From positions 1-53,170 of the forward strand of contig CALEIL010000072.1 in assembly GCA_937876435.1 (NCBI GenBank): a stretch of 53,170 bases of DNA, given 5' to 3'. Shown one piece after another: positions 46,841-53,170 of the stretch (its first letter is position 1; every line of letters begins with the position of its first letter). The notes under the pieces were generated by a model. It saw only the letters and a program-made list of their open reading frames with translations. It did no database searches and was not told the origin of the DNA. A program made the position numbers and the translations under genes. This DNA is from an uncultured Bacteroidota bacterium (GTDB lineage Bacteria; Bacteroidota; Bacteroidia; Chitinophagales; Saprospiraceae).

Positions 46841-48691
46841 TTACCATCCTGGATTTTGGATCATATCCTGGTTCACGCTCATCTCATTGGACGGTATCGG
46901 CCAGTAAAGGTCCTTCTCGCTCACATTGGAATAATTGATGATATACCAGGCACCCGGTGCATCCTGGGCAATAGTATTGGCCATATCCTGATTGACTTGC
47001 AGGAATATGCCCCATCGCAACAGATCAAACTTTCGAAGACATTCAAAGCTAAACTCCCTCATCCGCTCGTCCTGAAGCAATTTTAAAAAATCCTCTTTGG
47101 TCCCTACCTGATCCAGCGTCAGATTCGCATCCTCCTTCCGATGGATGGTAGCGGTGGCCCTGGCTCCCGAGCCTCCACCGCCCTGCAGGGTGATTTTTGG
47201 TGGTGAGGTATAGTGACCGTTCTCATAATAAGTGATCGCTTCCGGATCCCGGATCATTTCTATGTCTACTACCTTTCCGCTCACAGAATCGATGATCGCA
47301 TTGGCCACTGCCCCACTCCCGGAATCTTCTGAAAAAACAACCGTTGGGGCACTTTTATACCCGCTGCCCCCATCGGTCAGTTCGATGGATTTGATCCCGT
47401 CTGACCATCCCCGCCGTCGCACGCTGTTGACGATGTCCACGATTTCCTGAGAAGGTCCGTTCAGCGCATTTTCAGCTTCGGCGTACATCAACAAAACATC
47501 CGTGAATCGCAGCAGTGGCTCGTTGATCGGAGTTCTGGTCTCTGATTTGGGAAGGAAAGTTTCGTATTCTCTTCGCCATTTGGCGGGTTTGAGATTGTAT
47601 TTGGCCTCTTCGGTAACGGGCAATAAATCGTATTGGAAATCTTTTTGCCCGTTGACATCGGTCTGGGCGTACCGGAACAATGCTACTGACCACCATTTTC
47701 TGGCATCTCCCTCCTGGAAACTGTTGTAAAATTTGGCCGTGATATTCATGTAATATACCATCCGTCCAGTTCCAGTATTGGGGTATCCGATCGGTCCGTT
47801 GATCCAGCCGATGTTACTGGTTTCCTGGTAATCATCCAGGCCATTGCCATAAAATTCCACCTCCCAGATACTCTCTTTGATATCGTATTCATCCGCAGCA
47901 AGCTTGATAAATATGTCGTGGAATTCGGGATTCATGGCGTGTTGTGCCACCTCGTCATCGATCACCATCTTAGCCCATTTTTTGGCTTCCTGGTAGCGAC
48001 TTTCATCCTGGAGCGGATGACCGGCCATCGTCAGGTTGACCCTGGCCAGGATTCCACGGACAGCAGACTTACTGACCGCTCCCCCAAAACCCAGGTCGGT
48101 GATATCCGGGACCAATGGCTCAGCAGCTTCCATGTCCGATATGATTTGGTCGTATACTTCTTTCAATGGTGTTCTGGCCACATCCACATCGTCCACAGAA
48201 GCGGTGGCTTCTGTCAACAGTGGGACATCCCCGTACGTTTGAACCAGCAGGAAATAAAAATAACCGCGTAGGAAGAGGGTTTCTCCTCTGATCTTATCCC
48301 GGATAGCCTGATCGATTTCCGGATTTTTGTCCAGATTCTCCAACAGCACGTTGGCCCGGTTGATCCCACGGTACAGATTTGCCCAAAAATTGGTTGCGTA
48401 TCCGTCTGAAGTAGAGAAATTGTAATTCCAGGGCCCCGTCGTCAGGGTGGAACGGTTCATGTACCCTATATCTGCTTCCCAGGCAAACAGATAATTGCCC
48501 GAGGTCCCGTACAGGGATCCATCTCCCAATACATCATACACCCCCGCCCGCGCAAATTCCAGTTGCTCCGCCGTTTCATAATAGGTCACAGGACTCAAAA
48601 AATCCGTCGGCTCCGTCTTCAGAAAATCTTTACACGAAGAAAGACTAATTACCACCAGAATTGTCAAAAAGATATATTTCGTTTTCATCAT
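46841..48691 (-). CDS. SusD/RagB lipoprotein with an inserted ~85-aa GGSGY-repeat domain
   Basis: Lipobox LSSC; GETLFLRGYFY, LRFTDVLLMYAEA, VRRRG, ERMREFSFE and WPIP...QNPGW motifs. Confidence 0.93.
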   Translation of the reverse strand: MMKTKYIFLTILVVISLSSCKDFLKTEPTDFLSPVTYYETAEQLEFARAGVYDVLGDGSLYGTSGNYLFAWEADIGYMNRSTLTTGPWNYNFSTSDGYATNFWANLYRGINRANVLLENLDKNPEIDQAIRDKIRGETLFLRGYFYFLLVQTYGDVPLLTEATASVDDVDVARTPLKEVYDQIISDMEAAEPLVPDITDLGFGGAVSKSAVRGILARVNLTMAGHPLQDESRYQEAKKWAKMVIDDEVAQHAMNPEFHDIFIKLAADEYDIKESIWEVEFYGNGLDDYQETSNIGWINGPIGYPNTGTGRMVYYMNITAKFYNSFQEGDARKWWSVALFRYAQTDVNGQKDFQYDLLPVTEEAKYNLKPAKWRREYETFLPKSETRTPINEPLLRFTDVLLMYAEAENALNGPSQEIVDIVNSVRRRGWSDGIKSIELTDGGSGYKSAPTVVFSEDSGSGAVANAIIDSVSGKVVDIEMIRDPEAITYYENGHYTSPPKITLQGGGGSGARATATIHRKEDANLTLDQVGTKEDFLKLLQDERMREFSFECLRKFDLLRWGIFLQVNQDMANTIAQDAPGAWYIINYSNVSEKDLYWPIPSNEMSVNQDMIQNPGW

Positions 48692-48709
48692 GCTTTTCTT
48701 TTGTTGATT

Positions 48710-51700
48710 TTAAAATACCGCTTTCAGACCAAAGGTCACCGTCCGGACCTGGGGGTATCCGGAAAAATCATATCCCGGAGACAACACAGGATTGAGGATG
48801 GAAACTTCCGGATCCAGTCCTGAATAATTGGTCAATGTCCACAAATTCTGAGCGGAAACCGACAAGGTCAGGTTCTCGAGAGCCGCTGTACCGATAATAT
48901 TACGGGGCAGGGAATAACTGAAAGAAAATGTTTTCAACCGGAGGTAGGATCCATCTTCCACGTTTTTGGACGAATAGAACCCGATGGGACCCTGCCCTCT
49001 GGTCCGGTAATTTTCATTGGTGGGATTCTCGGGTGTCCACCGGTTTTCGTAACTCGCGTACTGGTTGACCAGAGCCCGGCCATTGCTGTTCCCTTCGAGA
49101 GCCAGCCTGTTGGCATTGTAAATATCGTTCCCGTACGACCATTGAAAGAACAGATTGAGGCTAAATCCCTTGTAGTAAAAATTGTTGGTAAAGCCCCCTA
49201 CGTGAATGGGTTGTCCACGGCCGATAATGGTCAGGTCTTCATCATTGATGACGCCGTCATCGTTGAGATCGCGGTATTTGATATCCCCGGGTCTGATGGA
49301 ATTGCGAATAGCTCCGTTGGTCGGGACATCCTTTTTGAGGATATACACCCCGTCGGAAGGACTGTCAAAATCGTCAAACTGGTAGTTACCCTCCCAGATA
49401 TACCCGATCATCATTCCCGCCGGTTTTCCGATTTCCGCGATGTAGAGCGGCCGGTTAAACTGCGATTCATACCTTCCGTTTTCGTATAATGCCTGTTGGT
49501 TCCGGGTCAGCTCCAGGATGGTGTTCCGGTTGAAGCTGATATTGAAACTGGTTGTCCAGCCAAAGTTGCGGTTTTCGAAGTTGATCGAGTTGAGTGTCAA
49601 TTCGAGACCTTCATTTTTGAGCCTTCCTATATTTTTGAACGAGGAGCTAAATCCGGTTGTGGGCGGGAGTCTGGTATTGAGTAGCATGTCCTCTGTATTC
49701 CGCCGGTACAGATCCAATTCCAACAGGAGTCTGTTGTTGAAGCTGCCCATTTCCAGCCCCAGGTCGATGGTGTTTACTTTCTCCCAGCGCAAGGTCGAAT
49801 TCCCAACCGAGTTGACGTTGACCATCTGGGTGGGGGTGGAATTGTTGAACGAATAACCTTGTAAACTTTGCGACAGACTCGGCAACCTGGAGAAATCGCC
49901 GACCCGGTTATTCCCGGTACTTCCGTAGCTGGCGCGTAATTTCATTTTTGAAATCCCGGGCAACATATCCTGAAACAAAGGCTCCTGGTCCAGATTCCAA
50001 CCCACTGCCAGGCTGGGGAAATAACCCCATGGATCTGTGAACTTGGAAGAACCATCGGCCCGGTAGGTCAGCGTGAGAAGATAGGTGGACCGGTACGAAT
50101 AATCCAGTCTTCCCGCGTAAGATACCATGGTATTTCTACTCGAGGAGGAGGCTGGATTGTATGGAAGTCCCTGATCCAGGCCATCGATGCCGAGCTCTTC
50201 ATTGGGTAGCAGACGTCCGCCATATCCATTGTTATTGGTTTCGTATTTGTTGACCCCGAACAAGGCCAGCGCCTCCATTCGGTGCTGCCCAAATTCGGTG
50301 TTATAGGTCAAAGTATTTTCGTTGGACAAATAGGTGTAGTTGTAGTTGCGCACATAACCATTCACCCCATTGGTATTGTAGGGGTTTTTGTCGCTACCCT
50401 GAGAAGTATTGGAATTATAGAACTGCTCGAAATTGCGTTTATCTTCCCGCACACCAGCTACGGTACGGAAGGTCAATCCTTCCAGGATTTTGATGCTGGC
50501 GTTGAGGTTTGCATTCAACACGTTGTACTTGTAAATCTGGTGCTGATTTTCCAGGTCGATAAAAGGGTTCACCCGAAAATCGGACGTGGTCACCGCGGTT
50601 TCATCGACGATGTTACTAAAGAATTCATCCGGGTCCTGTCCGGCCGGCAGTACCGGTCGGTATATCCAGGTCCGCATTAGGACGTACGAACTCGGGCTGG
50701 AGCTTCCGGCACCGGAGCTGATGTCCTGACCCGATCGGTTGATTCCGGCGTAATCGGTGTTCACACCTACTTCGATCCGGTCTCCGATTTTTTGGTTCAA
50801 TGACAATCGCCCCGAATAACGGTTGTACCCCGTATTGAGGATCACCCCATCCTGATCGTACATCGATCCCGACAAGGAATACCGGGTTTCATCGTTACCT
50901 CCCCGGATAGCTACATCGTGAATTTGCACTTTTCCGGTTTGAAATATTTTATCCTGCCAGTCTATGGCTTCTATGTTTCTGTAATCTTCCAGCGTACGAC
51001 CCTCTGCAAAATACGCCAGCGTGGTGGAATGCGTGGGATTGAGTTCCATCTGATACTTGACAAATTCATAAGGGTCCATCAATTCGATTTGGGGGGGCTC
51101 CTCCTGAAAACCGATCGAACTGGAAATCGACACTACGGGTTTACCGACCTTCCCTTTCTTGGTTTGAATCAACACGACCCCGTTCGCGGCCCGGGAACCA
51201 TAAATCGCAGTAGAGGAAGCATCCTTGAGGATCGAAATCGAGGCGATATCTTCCGGATTCAGCGTCTTGGGATCCAGCCCTTCGATTGGAAATCCGTCGA
51301 CCACGTATAGAGGGGAGGTGCTTTGGGTCAGCGACCCTACTCCACGGATGAGGATATCGATCCCACCCCCGGGCTGACCGTCTGAAGACACCACCCGGAC
51401 ACCAGCTACCCGGCCTGCCAGCGCTTCGTCAAACGAGCTGACGGGTGCCAGCTCCAGATCCTCTATATCTACCGTAGCTACGGAACCCGTCATATCGCTT
51501 TTCCGTTGGGTACCATATCCTACCACGACGAGCTCGTCGAACAACTGGGCATCGGATTCCAACTGCACATTGATCACGCTGCGCCCGTTCACGGGTATTT
51601 CCTGGGTTTGGTATCCTACGTAAGAAAAAATCAGGACGGCGTCTTCTTCCACGTTGTCCATCGAATATCTGCCGTCCAGATCCGTTGACGTGCCTATGGT

Positions 51701-51934
51701 GGTTCCCTGAATCTGAACGTTGACCCCGATCAGCGGCTCATTTACCGAATCCGTGACCAGGCCGGTAATGGAGATGACCACTTCTGAAAATAAATCTGCT
51801 TTATCCTCCGTGGCTATTATATTGTATTCATTCAACCTGGGTGAATGATATTCTCCATATGAATATTTAGGTAAAATTATCCATAAACAAATTGCCCAAA
51901 TAATGCCAATGCATGATTGATTTATCCTCATCAT
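48710..51934 (-). CDS. SusC/RagA TonB-dependent transporter
   Basis: VVVGYGT, ILKDASSTAIYGSRAANGVVLIQTK and C-terminal Phe. Confidence 0.96.
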   Translation of the reverse strand: MMRINQSCIGIIWAICLWIILPKYSYGEYHSPRLNEYNIIATEDKADLFSEVVISITGLVTDSVNEPLIGVNVQIQGTTIGTSTDLDGRYSMDNVEEDAVLIFSYVGYQTQEIPVNGRSVINVQLESDAQLFDELVVVGYGTQRKSDMTGSVATVDIEDLELAPVSSFDEALAGRVAGVRVVSSDGQPGGGIDILIRGVGSLTQSTSPLYVVDGFPIEGLDPKTLNPEDIASISILKDASSTAIYGSRAANGVVLIQTKKGKVGKPVVSISSSIGFQEEPPQIELMDPYEFVKYQMELNPTHSTTLAYFAEGRTLEDYRNIEAIDWQDKIFQTGKVQIHDVAIRGGNDETRYSLSGSMYDQDGVILNTGYNRYSGRLSLNQKIGDRIEVGVNTDYAGINRSGQDISSGAGSSSPSSYVLMRTWIYRPVLPAGQDPDEFFSNIVDETAVTTSDFRVNPFIDLENQHQIYKYNVLNANLNASIKILEGLTFRTVAGVREDKRNFEQFYNSNTSQGSDKNPYNTNGVNGYVRNYNYTYLSNENTLTYNTEFGQHRMEALALFGVNKYETNNNGYGGRLLPNEELGIDGLDQGLPYNPASSSSRNTMVSYAGRLDYSYRSTYLLTLTYRADGSSKFTDPWGYFPSLAVGWNLDQEPLFQDMLPGISKMKLRASYGSTGNNRVGDFSRLPSLSQSLQGYSFNNSTPTQMVNVNSVGNSTLRWEKVNTIDLGLEMGSFNNRLLLELDLYRRNTEDMLLNTRLPPTTGFSSSFKNIGRLKNEGLELTLNSINFENRNFGWTTSFNISFNRNTILELTRNQQALYENGRYESQFNRPLYIAEIGKPAGMMIGYIWEGNYQFDDFDSPSDGVYILKKDVPTNGAIRNSIRPGDIKYRDLNDDGVINDEDLTIIGRGQPIHVGGFTNNFYYKGFSLNLFFQWSYGNDIYNANRLALEGNSNGRALVNQYASYENRWTPENPTNENYRTRGQGPIGFYSSKNVEDGSYLRLKTFSFSYSLPRNIIGTAALENLTLSVSAQNLWTLTNYSGLDPEVSILNPVLSPGYDFSGYPQVRTVTFGLKAVF

Positions 51935-52008
51935 TAAATGTTTTGCTTCCTAAATAAAATCCCTGTAGCAACCGGCGATGTATATAGAGAGTGAGCTACA
52001 TTAAGAAC

Positions 52009-52022
52009 CGGTAACGTGCACA
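52009..52022. promoter_or_regulatory. Degenerate LacI-type operator CGGTAACGTGCACA upstream of susC
   Basis: Matches the 38552 site as CCGGTAACGTRCAC; about 75 nt upstream of the start. Confidence 0.6.
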
Positions 52023-52147
52023 ATATATCATTTAATACCTTAGGAAGCAATTGATTTGTAAATATTAACAAAACCAGGAGGACAAAATAGTCAGAAAGAC
52101 AGGACGGAGGATAATGGAATTTTAACAGGCTCAATTCATGAAAACAC

Positions 52148-53044
52148 TCATCCCCGAAGGCCTTCGATCAGCTCTCTGGAGGTCACCGTGTATTGACCAA
52201 ACATCTCAAAAAACAGAATAGAGTTCCTGGTCTGCGCCAGTGAATCATGGGTATCTGCGGACTCCATACCGGTGGTACAATCCCGGACGATCAGGATCTC
52301 ATATCCTTTTTTACTCATAGCCAGCGGGCTGTAATCCCGGGTAATCATGCAGGCGTTGGTATTGAATCCCGCAAAGATAAGAAAGAGGATCCCATGTTCT
52401 TCGCAATACTTATGAAGCTCATATCCAGTCCCGATAATCGCATCTCCTGGTTTAGGCCCCACATCGGGATGGATGTCCAGGGCTGGAAGGTTTTGTCGTT
52501 CCTCCTCCCGAATCTCGAAAGGTCGCGCATACTTTTGATACTTGCCACTTTTGTGCCGGAATTCACTGGGTGGCCAGACTTCCCGACTGCCTTTCGGGGA
52601 TTCCAGATTTTTTCCATACCAGGCATCGTACCTCTGGGCCACGGTTAGCGAGGGTGCATGAACGATCTTCATACCCTGTTCGCGGGCACGATGCAACAGA
52701 GGCAACAATCGTCGCTGGATGATGTCTTCCGTCCGCTCTTCCGTATCCTTGAGGTAATGCCGTTGCCACACATCCAACAAAACGAGCGCCGTATTTTCGA
52801 CCGGAATTTCCCAGTCCAGGTAATCATAAGTCGTATTCGATTCCAACCATTCAACACCTGGATCTACGTGCCACCTGTGGTACCGCGGGGAAATCCGGAG
52901 GGTACCCACCTGGTCTTCATTCGTTACCCTTCCAGGTTCGTTCCCCCTGACCGGCGCATAGGGTGTTAGGGCCAGTGCTAATCCTGACATTGAGCTTTTC
53001 TGAATAAAAGCTCTTCGGGTCCAATCTTTATTTGGGTCTTTCAT
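52148..53044 (-). CDS. Tat-exported isochorismatase/cysteine hydrolase family protein
   Basis: TRRAFI signal; TALVLLDVW, IVHAPS, AGFNTNAC (catalytic Cys) and VRDCT motifs. Confidence 0.8.
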   Translation of the reverse strand: MKDPNKDWTRRAFIQKSSMSGLALALTPYAPVRGNEPGRVTNEDQVGTLRISPRYHRWHVDPGVEWLESNTTYDYLDWEIPVENTALVLLDVWQRHYLKDTEERTEDIIQRRLLPLLHRAREQGMKIVHAPSLTVAQRYDAWYGKNLESPKGSREVWPPSEFRHKSGKYQKYARPFEIREEERQNLPALDIHPDVGPKPGDAIIGTGYELHKYCEEHGILFLIFAGFNTNACMITRDYSPLAMSKKGYEILIVRDCTTGMESADTHDSLAQTRNSILFFEMFGQYTVTSRELIEGLRG

Positions 53045-53170
53045 CTTAATGTATCTTATATTTAGGCTTCCTTTTTTTGAATATTCAATCTCTGAGATCT
53101 TTAAGTTATTCAGCAGTCAATAATACCCCGATCGATTTATTGAGATGGGAACAAAATATGGTATTAAGAT

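Overview
Bacteroidota genomic window, inferred from SusC/SusD pairs and TAnnTTTG-type promoters. It is a large carbohydrate-utilisation region, mostly on the minus strand, with few classical glycoside hydrolases. It holds two SusC/SusD pairs, five neutral/alkaline-ceramidase-like metallo-amidohydrolase paralogues, two PVC-type beta-propeller/HEAT dehydrogenases, a diheme cytochrome, three Tat-exported Gfo/Idh/MocA oxidoreductases (one GH109) with a DUF1080 lyase and NagB, ThuA-like and isochorismatase-like proteins, CE6/CE15/alpha-beta esterases and two beta-helix proteins. One PVC dehydrogenase carries a CxxCH cytochrome domain. The other lacks it and is followed directly by a Tat-lipoprotein HiPIP. 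A LacI-type operator (CGGTAACGTTACCG, two perfect and two partial copies) overlaps the putative promoters of four operons spread over about 46 kb, suggesting one regulon; no LacI gene is in the window. Interspersed are two intact type II TA pairs with palindromic operators, an orphan MNT antitoxin followed by fused TA remnants, and an ECF sigma gene frameshifted in an A8 tract. Best candidate for a new system: a co-regulated oxidative/deacylating utilisation locus with modular electron acceptors, including a SusD with an inserted GGSGY-repeat domain. No rRNA, tRNA, CRISPR array or transposase was recognised. All family calls come from motif recognition by eye, not database searches.
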